Part shown: piece after piece, positions 28,707-38,270 of the stretch
How positions within the stretch are numbered: position 1 is the stretch's first letter
Layout: each line of letters starts with the position of its first letter
Source of the DNA: a virus
Lineage: Duplodnaviria > Caudoviricetes
Strand: one strand, 5' to 3'
IMG/VR virus record: IMGVR_UViG_3300042914_002678
Length of the DNA: 64,000 nucleotides
The notes under the pieces: generated by a model
Told to the model about the DNA's origin: nothing
What the model saw: the letters and a program-made list of their open reading frames with translations, nothing else
Database searches by the model: none
Translations under genes and position numbers: made by a program

Positions 28707-28747
28707 ATTATTCACGTCATCTTTCCCCTCTGTAAAGTAACTTTTTA

Positions 28748-28754
28748 ATAAATA
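28748..28754 (+). promoter_or_regulatory. Late promoter (ATAAATA)
   Basis: Upstream of gp18, followed by a GGAG Shine-Dalgarno. Confidence 0.75.
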
Positions 28755-28789
28755 TTTTTTAGATAAACTGAGACTTCACGGAGAAAAAC

Positions 28790-31033
28790 ATGGCGACTCC
28801 TCAATTATCTCCAGGCGTACTCGTCAGAGAGGTTGATTTAACAGTAGGAAGAGCTGATAATGTTTTAGATAATATTGGTGCCATTGCTGGACCATTTGAA
28901 ATTGGACCTGTTAACGAACCTATTGATATTAGTACTGAGGCAGATCTTATCAACGTATTTGGTAAGCCAATCTCAACAGATACCCAGTACGAATACTGGA
29001 TGAGCGCAGCATCATACCTCTCATATGGAGGAGTTCTTAAAGTTGTTAGAGTTGCTGGAAGTACTCTGGCAAATGCAAACGCTGGTGTTAATGCAGCGAG
29101 TGCAACATTAACGGGTAATGGTCGTATTGATAACTACGACGATTACATGAACAATCACGTTGATGCAACCAACTTTACATATGCAGCAAAAAACCCAGGA
29201 AGCTGGGCAAATGGATTAAAAGTTTGCTTCATTGATGACAAGGCAGACCAGATAATCGGTATTGGAACAACCAATCTCGCTGAAGCAGGTGCAACCGTAG
29301 GTGCAGGTATCACAGCACCTCTCGTCAATGTGGTTGTACCATCAGTTGCAACTGGAACTACTGCATTCTTTAATGGATACCTGAAAGGAATTATTACTGG
29401 AGTTTCTACAGATACTGTAAGTGGAAATAGCAAAATTGATGTTAAGATTGTTTCTAGAGTAGAAACTTCTGGGGCGGGCGTAACAGAGACGACAATTAAT
29501 TATTCAGAAGGAACTGCATTTGCAGCATTCGATACTGCAGACACACTAACCTTTGTTAATAATGTTGGTGTTAATACCGGACTTTCTGCTACTACACCAT
29601 ATACTCCAACTTCAGTTTCTGATTGGTATGACAATCAAACTTTAGGTCTTAACAATGCTTCAATCTTCTGGAAAGAAATTGCAGCAAAACCAACTTCCAA
29701 CGTCTATGCAACTGATAGACAGGGTAAGAATGATGCATTACACATTGTTATCGTAGATGACAATGGAACAGTTTCTGGAATTAAAGGCAACATTCTTGAG
29801 AAGCATGTTAGCATCTCTAAGGCAAATGATGCAGTTTCTAGCGTAAACTCCCCACAAAAAATCTGGTACGAACAGTATCTTGCAGATTTCTCCCAGTATA
29901 TCTACGCTGGTAGCAATCCTTCAGCAGCAATTGATACGTATCATAATACAGTTCCAGTTGCTACTGGATTTACAACGTATTCTGGCGTTAAGTCTGCATC
30001 CTTCACCCCAATTGCATTGGGAGACCGTCTGTGGGGACAAGATGCTCAAGGAGTAACTTTCTCGGCAATCGGAAACGTATCATATACTCTTGCAGCAGGA
30101 GTTGATTATTCTGCAAATGGTGGAATGAAGGCAGAACTTTCTGACCTAATCACCGCATACGGATACTTCCAAAACAAAGATGAGATCCAAGTAGATTATT
30201 TAATCATGGGTCCTGGTCTGACTTCTGAAGGCGAATCTCAAGCAAAGGCAAACTACCTAATCTCTCTTGCAGGCGCAAGAAAAGATTGTGTTGCAACTAT
30301 TGGACCTCACAGAGGAAATCTGGTAAATGTTACAAACACAACAACCCAGACAAATAATCTAATTAACTTCTTTAGCCCACTTGCATCTTCATCATACGCA
30401 ATATTTGATAGTGGATATAAGTATACCTATGATAGATTCAACAACAGATTTGTCTACATTCCTTGTAATGCTGACGTTGCTGGTCTGATGACTAGAACAA
30501 ATGTTGTTGCTTATCCTTGGTTCTCACCTGCAGGACAGCAAAGAGGAATCTTAAACAACACCATTAAACTAGCATACAATCCAACCAAAGCACAAAGAGA
30601 CAAACTTTATCCACTGAGAATTAACTCAATTGTTACTCAACCTGGAATTGGAACTCTTCTCTTTGGTGACAAAACGGCTTTAGGTTATGCATCTGCGTTT
30701 GATAGAATCAACGTTCGTCGTTTGTTCCTGACCATTGAGCAAGCACTCGAAAGAGCTGCACAAGCTCAACTCTTCGAACTGAACGACGAATTGACACGAG
30801 CGAACTTCAGAAACATCGTTGAACCATATCTCCGCGATGTTCAGGCAAAGAGGGGTCTATATGGATTCCTAGTTGTTTGTGATACAACAAACAACACTCC
30901 TGATGTTATTGATAACAATGAATTCCGTGCAGATATCTTCTTAAAACCAACGAAGTCAATTAACTTCGTAACTCTCACGTTCGTTGCCACACGCACTGGA
31001 GTAAGTTTTGATGAAGTAGTTGGTAGAGTTTGA
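28790..31033 (+). CDS. gp18: Tail sheath protein gp18
   Basis: SPGVLVREVDLT, YPWFSPAG, FDRINVRRLFL and IFLKPTKSINFVTLTF motifs. Confidence 0.97.
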   Translation: MATPQLSPGVLVREVDLTVGRADNVLDNIGAIAGPFEIGPVNEPIDISTEADLINVFGKPISTDTQYEYWMSAASYLSYGGVLKVVRVAGSTLANANAGVNAASATLTGNGRIDNYDDYMNNHVDATNFTYAAKNPGSWANGLKVCFIDDKADQIIGIGTTNLAEAGATVGAGITAPLVNVVVPSVATGTTAFFNGYLKGIITGVSTDTVSGNSKIDVKIVSRVETSGAGVTETTINYSEGTAFAAFDTADTLTFVNNVGVNTGLSATTPYTPTSVSDWYDNQTLGLNNASIFWKEIAAKPTSNVYATDRQGKNDALHIVIVDDNGTVSGIKGNILEKHVSISKANDAVSSVNSPQKIWYEQYLADFSQYIYAGSNPSAAIDTYHNTVPVATGFTTYSGVKSASFTPIALGDRLWGQDAQGVTFSAIGNVSYTLAAGVDYSANGGMKAELSDLITAYGYFQNKDEIQVDYLIMGPGLTSEGESQAKANYLISLAGARKDCVATIGPHRGNLVNVTNTTTQTNNLINFFSPLASSSYAIFDSGYKYTYDRFNNRFVYIPCNADVAGLMTRTNVVAYPWFSPAGQQRGILNNTIKLAYNPTKAQRDKLYPLRINSIVTQPGIGTLLFGDKTALGYASAFDRINVRRLFLTIEQALERAAQAQLFELNDELTRANFRNIVEPYLRDVQAKRGLYGFLVVCDTTNNTPDVIDNNEFRADIFLKPTKSINFVTLTFVATRTGVSFDEVVGRV

Positions 31034-31042
31034 TTCGTTAAT

Positions 31043-31049
31043 CTAAATA
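31043..31049 (+). promoter_or_regulatory. Late promoter variant (CTAAATA)
   Basis: Upstream of gp19, followed by a strong AAAGGAGG Shine-Dalgarno. Confidence 0.65.
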
Positions 31050-31069
31050 ACTAAAGGAGGACAAAAATC

Positions 31070-31660
31070 ATGGCATCAACAAGAGAAAACAAGACAATTT
31101 CTCAGTTTAAGTCTGCACTTGTTGGGGGCGGCGCTCGCCCCAATCTATTTGAAGTAGAGATGACCACTCTACCCAATGGAATTAATTGGGATGCAGAAAA
31201 TTTTAGATTTATGTGCAAGGCAGCTGCGCTTCCTGCTCAGAATGTTGCATCAATCGATGTCCCATTCCGTGGAAGAATTTTCAAGGTTGCTGGAGACAGA
31301 ACAATTGATACCTGGACTGTAACGATCATCAATGATGAAGGATTCCTTCTCAGAAATGCTTTTGAAGAATGGTCCAACCTAATTGCAGATCTCGGAACAA
31401 ACATTGGTGCAACTGATCCAAGTGCATATATGACAAATGCAACTGTTTATCAGTTGGGTAGAGGTTCATCTGCAAGCAGTCAGGATAATTCAGGGAACGC
31501 AAATGCTGTTCTAAAGCAGTATGAGTTTGTTGATATTTTCCCAACCAATGTATCACAAATTGATCTTTCATATGATTCTTCAGACACAATTGAAGAATTC
31601 ACGGTTGAATTCCAAGTTCAGTCATTCACAACAACCGGTGCTGGCGGTCCAAACGGATAA
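31070..31660 (+). CDS. gp19: Tail tube protein gp19
   Basis: GGGARPNLFEV, VPFRGR, AGDRTIDTWTVT and IEEFTVEFQ motifs. Confidence 0.97.
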   Translation: MASTRENKTISQFKSALVGGGARPNLFEVEMTTLPNGINWDAENFRFMCKAAALPAQNVASIDVPFRGRIFKVAGDRTIDTWTVTIINDEGFLLRNAFEEWSNLIADLGTNIGATDPSAYMTNATVYQLGRGSSASSQDNSGNANAVLKQYEFVDIFPTNVSQIDLSYDSSDTIEEFTVEFQVQSFTTTGAGGPNG

Positions 31661-31666
31661 TAAATA
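31660..31666 (+). promoter_or_regulatory. Late promoter (ATAAATA)
   Basis: Immediately after the gp19 stop, upstream of the portal gene. Confidence 0.7.
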
Positions 31667-31696
31667 GTAGAAAGGTTAAACTTAAAATAATAAATT

Positions 31697-33376
31697 ATGG
31701 CAAAATTATTTGGGTTCTCTATTGAGGACACTGAGTCACTATCACCCACTGCCGTTTCCCCCATCCCATCTAATAATGAGGATGGGGTTGAACATTATGC
31801 AAGCAGTGGGTTTTTTGGTTCTTATGTAGACTTAGAAGGAGTCTATAGAACAGAATTCGAATTAATTAAAAGATATAGAGAAATGGCACTGCATCCAGAG
31901 GTGGATAGTGCTATCGAAGATATTGTGAATGAAGCAATCGTATCTGATACTAATGATACTCCTGTTTCGATTGAGTTATCTAACCTAAATGCTAGTGATG
32001 GAATTAAAAAAACTATTCGTCAAGAGTTTAAATATATTCTAGATCTTTTAGACTTTGATAAAAAGTGTCACGAAATATATAGAAATTGGTATATTGATGG
32101 TAGACTTTATTACCATAAAGTAATCGATTTAAAAAATCCACAAGAAGGTATCCAAGAACTTCGTTATATTGATGCATCAAAGATGCGTTTTATCAGGCAG
32201 CAAAAGAAAAAACCTGCGGATAAACTCAACAATATAAAGACTTTACAAAGGATTACTACCGATAATCCAATGGATTATGATTTTCCTGAGATAGAAGAAT
32301 ATTTTATCTACAATCCAAGATCAATTTATCCATCAACAAATCCATCTCAAACTGGGGCAAGTCAAGGAATTAAAATCGCAAAAGATTCAATTACTTATTG
32401 CACCTCAGGATTGGTAGATAGAAATAAAGGACATACTCTATCATATCTTCACAAGGCAATCAAATCTCTCAATCAATTGAGAATGATTGAAGATAGTTTG
32501 GTAATCTACAGATTGTCACGCGCACCAGAACGTAGAATTTTTTATATTGATGTAGGCAATCTTCCAAAGGTAAAAGCAGAGCAATACCTCCGTGATGTTA
32601 TGATGCGTTATCGCAATAAACTTGTGTATGATGCAAATACAGGTGAGATTCGTGATGACAAAAAATATATGAGTATGCTTGAAGATTTCTGGCTTCCTCG
32701 TCGTGAAGGTGGTAGAGGAACTGAGATCACAACTCTACCAGGTGGTCAAAATCTAGGTGAAATCACAGATATTGAATATTTCAAGAAGAAATTATATCGC
32801 TCTTTAAATGTTCCACCATCAAGAATGGATGGAGAAGGTGGATTCAATCTAGGTCGTTCATCAGAAATTTTAAGAGATGAACTGAAATTCACCAAGTTTG
32901 TTGGACGTTTGAGAAAGAGATTTTCAAATATGTTCAATGATATGTTGAGAACTCAATTAATTCTCAAAAACATTATTACCCCAGAAGATTGGGAGGTAAT
33001 GAGTGAGCATATTCAATATGACTTCATTTATGACAATCACTTCTCAGAACTAAAAGATGCGGAGTTGCTGAATGAAAGACTAACAATGGTTGCAGCAGCA
33101 GAACCATATGTTGGCAAATATTTCTCTCAAGATTATCTGAGAAGAAATGTTCTTCGCCAAACAGATGAAGAAATCCTTGAGCAAGATGCTCTCATCAAAA
33201 AAGAAATCAAAGATGGTATAATTCCAGACCCATCACAACCAGTTGATCCAGAAACTGGAATGCCAATTGATGCTTCAGCGGGAGCAGATTTGGGTGCTCC
33301 AGTAATGGAACCTGATCTAGAATCCCAAGGAAAAGCAACTGAAGCTCCAAGTATCCCCAAGGGTGGGGAAATATAA
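31697..33376 (+). CDS. gp20: Portal protein gp20
   Basis: IYRLSRAPERRIFYIDVGNLPK and EDFWLPRREGGRGTEITTLPGGQNL motifs. Confidence 0.98.
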   Translation: MAKLFGFSIEDTESLSPTAVSPIPSNNEDGVEHYASSGFFGSYVDLEGVYRTEFELIKRYREMALHPEVDSAIEDIVNEAIVSDTNDTPVSIELSNLNASDGIKKTIRQEFKYILDLLDFDKKCHEIYRNWYIDGRLYYHKVIDLKNPQEGIQELRYIDASKMRFIRQQKKKPADKLNNIKTLQRITTDNPMDYDFPEIEEYFIYNPRSIYPSTNPSQTGASQGIKIAKDSITYCTSGLVDRNKGHTLSYLHKAIKSLNQLRMIEDSLVIYRLSRAPERRIFYIDVGNLPKVKAEQYLRDVMMRYRNKLVYDANTGEIRDDKKYMSMLEDFWLPRREGGRGTEITTLPGGQNLGEITDIEYFKKKLYRSLNVPPSRMDGEGGFNLGRSSEILRDELKFTKFVGRLRKRFSNMFNDMLRTQLILKNIITPEDWEVMSEHIQYDFIYDNHFSELKDAELLNERLTMVAAAEPYVGKYFSQDYLRRNVLRQTDEEILEQDALIKKEIKDGIIPDPSQPVDPETGMPIDASAGADLGAPVMEPDLESQGKATEAPSIPKGGEI

Positions 33377-33379
33377 ATA
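33372..33379 (+). promoter_or_regulatory. Late promoter (TATAAATA)
   Basis: Perfect consensus overlapping the gp20 stop. Confidence 0.75.
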
Positions 33380-33405
33380 CAACGTTAGTGTTTTAATTAA
33401 TTAAA

Positions 33406-33573
33406 ATGGAAGAACTTTTAGATATGATTGTCACCGATGAATCTCCATCTCAAATTAGTGACAAAATTAAAGAACTACTTTTTGCAAAATCTGCAGAAAA
33501 AATTGATAATTTTCGTCCTATTGTAGCATCAGACATCTTCGGTGACCAAGAAGATTCTGACGGGGAAGAGTAA
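33406..33573 (+). CDS. 55-aa acidic protein in the gp67 (prohead core) position (missed by the ORF track)
   Basis: Hand translation: MEELLDMIVTDESPSQISDKIKELLFAKSAEKIDNFRPIVASDIFGDQEDSDGEE*. Has its own late promoter and lies between the portal and protease genes. Confidence 0.75.
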   Translation: MEELLDMIVTDESPSQISDKIKELLFAKSAEKIDNFRPIVASDIFGDQEDSDGEE

Positions 33574-33575
33574 AT

Positions 33576-33583
33576 TATAAATA
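33576..33583 (+). promoter_or_regulatory. Late promoter (TATAAATA)
   Basis: Perfect consensus upstream of ORF 33614. Confidence 0.75.
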
Positions 33584-33613
33584 ACTATTATAAAATAAAA
33601 AATCTTTATAGCA

Positions 33614-33883
33614 ATGTCAAGAATAATCGTTTCTGCTGGTGAAAATACATTATCCCCTGGTATTGGCAATTCAACAACTGTAAACAGTGCAAGATTTGTT
33701 AGAGTTGTCAACAACTCTGGAGCATCTGCAGTTCTATTTGTGCAAAATGCCAGTTATGCTGGAATTGGATCTGTAACACTATTAAACAGTACTGTTGAAA
33801 CTATTGAAAAGCATCCAGAAGATTCCATTTATTACTTGGGTAGTGGAACTATTAAAGTAGCAAGAGTAGGAGTTTCTCAATGA
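33614..33883 (+). CDS. Small hypothetical virion-associated protein
   Basis: 89 aa beta-rich ORF, with an ATGA overlap onto gp21. Confidence 0.65.
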   Translation: MSRIIVSAGENTLSPGIGNSTTVNSARFVRVVNNSGASAVLFVQNASYAGIGSVTLLNSTVETIEKHPEDSIYYLGSGTIKVARVGVSQ

Positions 33884-34530
33884 AACTAATTAGAGAAGAA
33901 ATCGAAAAGGTAGAAGTTATTACCGAAGAAAAAAACGGTAAGAAAGTTCTATTCATTCAAGGACCTTTTTTACAAACCGAACAACAAAATCGTAACGGTA
34001 GAGTTTATCGCCGTGATGTGATGGAGCGTGAGGTTAAGAGATATGCGGAGCAGTATATTTCTAAAGGTCGTGCTCTAGGTGAACTAGGACACCCAGAAGG
34101 TCCAACCATTAACCTGGATAGAGTATCTCATAAAATTATTTCACTAGAACAAAAGGGAAATGATTTTATCGGTAAAGCACAAATTCTATCCACACCAATG
34201 GGTAAAATTGCAGAGTCTCTATTAAAAGATGGAGTTACTCTTGGAGTTTCTTCTCGTGGTATTGGATCATTGAGACCAACTAAAGAAGGTTATTCTGAAG
34301 TCGGTGAAGATTTTATGCTTGCAACTGCTGCTGACATTGTTGCTGATCCATCTGCACCTGACGCTTTTGTTCAGGGAATTATGGAAGGAAAAGAGTGGGT
34401 TTGGGAAGGAGGAATTCTTCGTGAAAGACTCGCTGAACAAACTAAGAACAAAATTAATACTCTTGTAGATCAAAATGTTCTAGAAGAGTACAAACTTTCA
34501 ATTTTCAATGAGTTCTTAAATTCATTGTAA
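33880..34530 (+). CDS. gp21: Prohead core protease gp21
   Basis: NRNGRVY, RALGELGHP, GVSSRGIGSL and DIVADPSAPDAFV motifs. Confidence 0.97.
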   Translation: MKLIREEIEKVEVITEEKNGKKVLFIQGPFLQTEQQNRNGRVYRRDVMEREVKRYAEQYISKGRALGELGHPEGPTINLDRVSHKIISLEQKGNDFIGKAQILSTPMGKIAESLLKDGVTLGVSSRGIGSLRPTKEGYSEVGEDFMLATAADIVADPSAPDAFVQGIMEGKEWVWEGGILRERLAEQTKNKINTLVDQNVLEEYKLSIFNEFLNSL

Positions 34531-34540
34531 TTTGTTAATT

Positions 34541-34548
34541 TATAAATA
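34541..34548 (+). promoter_or_regulatory. Late promoter (TATAAATA)
   Basis: Perfect consensus upstream of gp22. Confidence 0.78.
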
Positions 34549-34584
34549 AATATAGATTTTATACAGGAAAATCGGAGAGTTCAA

Positions 34585-35712
34585 ATGTCTCGTGGTAACA
34601 ATTTACAAGAAATGGAAGTAGGCACTAAACCATCCAAGACTGCTGTTAATGCTGGAGCAAAAGCAGCAGAAGCAATGCCAAAACTTTCAGGCAATATCCC
34701 TGATGGTCAAACTGGTTCTTGGGAAGATCTTGGCGGTCCTACACCAGAAAACTACAAGTCTGACGATGATTCTGCAAAGCTGAAGACCCCTGGTGCTACA
34801 CTCAAGCAAGTTAGAGATGTAGTAAACAAGGGTGCAAAGCCTGCAGAAGCAATGAAGGGCATGAAGGAAGAAGAGGAACTCGATGATGAAGATGTAATCC
34901 TTGAGTCTGAAGAGGACGAAGAGGAAGTAGAACTCGAAGATGCCGAAGTAGAAGAAGGTGAAGAAGAAGAGGAAGTTGTAGAAGAAGAGTATGACTTAGA
35001 AGAGGATGTAAATGCCCTTCTAGGTGGCGAAGAACTCTCTGAAGAGTTCAAGGAAAGAGCAAAAACAATCTTCGAAGCAGCTATCAATTCTAAAGTTTCT
35101 GAAATTAAGGAACAACTCGAAGAGCAGTATGCTGCTGCTCTGACCGAGGAAGTAGAAGAAATTAAGGAAGCACTTTCCCAGCGTGTTGATTCATACCTAG
35201 AGTATGTTTCAGACGAGTGGTTCAATGAGAATGCACTTGTTATCGAGCACGCACTTAAGACCGAAGTAACTGAGAGTTTCCTCTCAGGTATGAAGGAACT
35301 TTTTGAAGCACATTATGTATCAATCCCTGAAGATAAATATGATGTTCTTGAGAGCATGGTAGAAAAACTTGATGAAATGGAGACAAAACTCAACGAGCAA
35401 ATTGAGAAAAACGTTTCCCTAAACAAGCGTCTCGCAGAGTCGGTTGCTGAAGGAATCTTAGATCAAGTCTCTGAAGGTCTTGCACAGACTCAGAAAGAGA
35501 AACTCGCTTCACTTGCCGAAAGTGTTGAGTTTGAAAGTGAAGAAGAATATCGTGAAAAACTGGAGATGCTAAAAGAGTCATATTTTGCCTCTAAGACCGC
35601 AGCTCCTACTGCTAAATCCGAATCGCTTTCTGAGGGAGTAGACGTTACGCCTGAAATTCATTCAGGTACAATGGAAAGATACCTCAGAACACTAGGTACT
35701 ATTAGCAAATAA
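34585..35712 (+). CDS. gp22: Prohead core scaffold protein gp22
   Basis: Acidic tract, LSEEFKERAKTIFEAA and VDSYLEYV motifs; lies between gp21 and gp23. Confidence 0.95.
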   Translation: MSRGNNLQEMEVGTKPSKTAVNAGAKAAEAMPKLSGNIPDGQTGSWEDLGGPTPENYKSDDDSAKLKTPGATLKQVRDVVNKGAKPAEAMKGMKEEEELDDEDVILESEEDEEEVELEDAEVEEGEEEEEVVEEEYDLEEDVNALLGGEELSEEFKERAKTIFEAAINSKVSEIKEQLEEQYAAALTEEVEEIKEALSQRVDSYLEYVSDEWFNENALVIEHALKTEVTESFLSGMKELFEAHYVSIPEDKYDVLESMVEKLDEMETKLNEQIEKNVSLNKRLAESVAEGILDQVSEGLAQTQKEKLASLAESVEFESEEEYREKLEMLKESYFASKTAAPTAKSESLSEGVDVTPEIHSGTMERYLRTLGTISK

Positions 35713-35763
35713 TTGAATTTAATATAATTCAAACAAAACATCCACAAACAAAGGTAAACGCAA

Positions 35764-37182
35764 ATGTTCCAATCAGAGCATCTGCAGGAAAAGTGGGCAC
35801 CTCTCCTCAACTATGAGGGTCTTGATCCAATCAAAGATTCCCATCGTAAGGCGGTAACCGCAGTCCTGCTAGAAAACCAAGAAAAATTCCTGCGTGAGCA
35901 AAATGCTTTCGCAACCTCAGGTTCATTCCTAACCGAAGCTCCAACTAATGCAGTTGGTAACGGCGGTTTCACCAGTGCTGGTGGAGACACCACCACTGCA
36001 GGTTTCGATCCTGTTCTGATCTCCCTGATCAGACGCTCAATGCCTAACCTGGTCGCTTATGACCTCGCAGGTGTTCAGCCAATGAGTGGTCCTACTGGAC
36101 TCATCTTCGCAATGCGTTCACGCTACACCAGCCAGACCGGAACTGAAGCATTCTACGATGAAGTAGATTCTTCATTCTCTGGACAAGACGCTGGCTTCGA
36201 CGAGACCGATGGTTTCTCCGATGCTAATGCTGGTCTTGGTACAACTGGTTTTGGTGGTCTAGGAAGCAACCCTGCAGTTCTCAACCCTGTTGCAACTGCA
36301 TCATCAACCGGTTATAAGGTTGGTCAGGGTATGCGTACTGACGCTGCTGAGAATCTTGACGGCACCACTTCTGATGCCTTCAACCAGATGGCATTCTCAA
36401 TCGAGAAAGTCACTGTTACCGCTAAGTCAAGAGCTCTGAAAGCTGAGTACTCACTAGAACTCGCTCAGGACCTCAAGGCAATCCACGGTCTGAATGCTGA
36501 AGCGGAATTAGCAAACATTCTCTCAACTGAGATTCTTGCTGAAATCAACCGCGAAGTTATCAGAACCATTTACAAGATTGCTGAGCAAGGTGCTGCACAA
36601 AACACCGCAACTGCTGGTATCTTCGACCTCGACGTTGATTCAAACGGTCGTTGGTCTGTTGAGAAGTTCAAGGGTCTTCTATTCCAAATCGAGCGCGACG
36701 CTAACGCAATCGCACAAAGAACTCGTAGAGGAAAGGGCAACATCATCATGTGCTCTGCTGACGTTGCTTCAGCACTGACCATGGCTGGTGTTCTCGACTA
36801 CACCCCTGCACTCAACGCAAACCTCAACGTTGACGACACTGGTAACACCTTCGCTGGTGTTCTGCAAGGTAAGTATCGTGTTTATATCGATCCTTATTCT
36901 GCAAACCTCACCTCAGGTAACGCTGCAAACGGTAACCAGTATTACGTTGTTGGTTATAAGGGTTCTTCCCCTTATGACGCTGGACTCTTCTATTGTCCTT
37001 ATGTTCCTCTCCAAATGGTTCGTGCCGTTGGTGAGAACTCCTTCCAGCCAAAAATCGGCTTCAAGACCCGTTATGGTATTGTTGCCAACCCATTCGCTGA
37101 AGGAACAACTCAAGGTCTTGGTCGCCTGCGTGTTAACGCTAACCGCTACTACAGACGTGTTGCTGTTAAGAATCTCATGTGA
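35764..37182 (+). CDS. gp23: Major capsid protein gp23
   Basis: FDPVLISLIRR, VQPMSGPTGLIFAMR, AKSRALKAEYS, YCPYVPLQM and FQPKIGFKTRYG motifs. Confidence 0.99.
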   Translation: MFQSEHLQEKWAPLLNYEGLDPIKDSHRKAVTAVLLENQEKFLREQNAFATSGSFLTEAPTNAVGNGGFTSAGGDTTTAGFDPVLISLIRRSMPNLVAYDLAGVQPMSGPTGLIFAMRSRYTSQTGTEAFYDEVDSSFSGQDAGFDETDGFSDANAGLGTTGFGGLGSNPAVLNPVATASSTGYKVGQGMRTDAAENLDGTTSDAFNQMAFSIEKVTVTAKSRALKAEYSLELAQDLKAIHGLNAEAELANILSTEILAEINREVIRTIYKIAEQGAAQNTATAGIFDLDVDSNGRWSVEKFKGLLFQIERDANAIAQRTRRGKGNIIMCSADVASALTMAGVLDYTPALNANLNVDDTGNTFAGVLQGKYRVYIDPYSANLTSGNAANGNQYYVVGYKGSSPYDAGLFYCPYVPLQMVRAVGENSFQPKIGFKTRYGIVANPFAEGTTQGLGRLRVNANRYYRRVAVKNLM

Positions 37183-37206
37183 GTCTTTCTCACAAAGATT
37201 TTATGG

Positions 37207-37231
37207 GGGGTCCGAAAGGACCCCTTTTTTT
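37207..37231 (+). terminator. Rho-independent terminator after gp23
   Basis: GGGGTCC-GAAA-GGACCCC followed by a run of T. Confidence 0.9.
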
Positions 37232-37233
37232 AT

Positions 37234-37240
37234 CTAAATA
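37234..37240 (+). promoter_or_regulatory. Late promoter variant (CTAAATA)
   Basis: Immediately after the terminator, upstream of gp3. Confidence 0.6.
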
Positions 37241-37250
37241 ATTAGAAAAA

Positions 37251-37808
37251 ATGGCAAGATCGTCGCAGATAGAGAATAGAAATTTTCTATCACCAACTGG
37301 ATTTAAATTTAGTTTGAAAAGAAGTCCAAGAGTTGCATTCTTTTGCAATCAGGCAAATATACCTGATTTAAATTTAGGACTGGCAGTACAACCATCGTAC
37401 TTAAAAGATATTCCAACACCAGGAGATAAAATTGAGTTTGGTGATTTAAGTCTTCGTTTTCTTGTTGATGAAAATTTAGAAAATTATATGGAAATCCAGA
37501 ACTGGATCCGTGGATTGGGATATCCTGAAAGTGGACAAGAATTTCGGGATTTGGTAAAATCTGGTGCAGAAAATGGTATTTTGTCTCCAGAAGGAGGTGG
37601 AGACAACATATACTCGGATGGAACCTTACAAATTTTGAGTAGCAATCTAGTTGCAAAGTTTAATGTTAATTTCAAAGATTTATTTCCATATTCATTGTCA
37701 ACTGTAACTTTTGATGCCACAGATACAGACATTCAATACTTTACAGCAGACGTAAGTTTCAAGTATACTATTTACAATATAACTACGCTTGGTGGCACTC
37801 CTCTATGA
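37251..37808 (+). CDS. gp3: Tail tube terminator / tail completion protein gp3
   Basis: NRNFLSPTGFKF, PGDKIEFGDLSLRFLVDENLENY and FKDLFPYSLS motifs. Confidence 0.9.
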   Translation: MARSSQIENRNFLSPTGFKFSLKRSPRVAFFCNQANIPDLNLGLAVQPSYLKDIPTPGDKIEFGDLSLRFLVDENLENYMEIQNWIRGLGYPESGQEFRDLVKSGAENGILSPEGGGDNIYSDGTLQILSSNLVAKFNVNFKDLFPYSLSTVTFDATDTDIQYFTADVSFKYTIYNITTLGGTPL

Positions 37809-38242
37809 GTATTGATCTTGATAAAATTCAAGAAATGTGGACTAAAGACTCTAAGATAGATCCTGATAACTTACATACAGAGTCTTTAAATATCCCTGTT
37901 CTTCATGCAAAATATTTTGATTTATATAATACTATCTTTCTTTTAAGAAAGAAAGCAGAACAACAAAAAAGAAATATTCGTCACGAACGATATGAGTACT
38001 ATTCTGGAAAATCAGACCCAGAAGTCTATGTCGATAATCCATTTCCAAAAAAGATTCGTGACAAAGACACAATGCAAAAGTATCTTGATGCAGATGAAAA
38101 ACTATCTACAGTCTGTCTGAAAATTGATTACTACGATACAATGTTGGTTTATATTGAAAGCATTTTGAAGATGATCCAAAACAGAACATATCAAATTAAA
38201 AATGCTATCGAATTTATGAGATTTAACTCTGGACTAGGATAG
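37805..38242 (+). CDS. uvsY: Recombination mediator UvsY
   Basis: PVLHAKY, YEYYSGK, YLDADE and NRTYQIKNAIEFMRF motifs; synteny. Confidence 0.9.
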   Translation: MSIDLDKIQEMWTKDSKIDPDNLHTESLNIPVLHAKYFDLYNTIFLLRKKAEQQKRNIRHERYEYYSGKSDPEVYVDNPFPKKIRDKDTMQKYLDADEKLSTVCLKIDYYDTMLVYIESILKMIQNRTYQIKNAIEFMRFNSGLG

Positions 38243-38270
38243 ATAAATATTTCTAGATGAATGGATTTAT

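Noticed and set aside
34752-35225. Poly-Ser minus-strand ORF and apparent GAA repeat
   Set aside because: Reverse complement of the poly-Glu tract of scaffold gp22; not an independent gene or a DNA repeat element.
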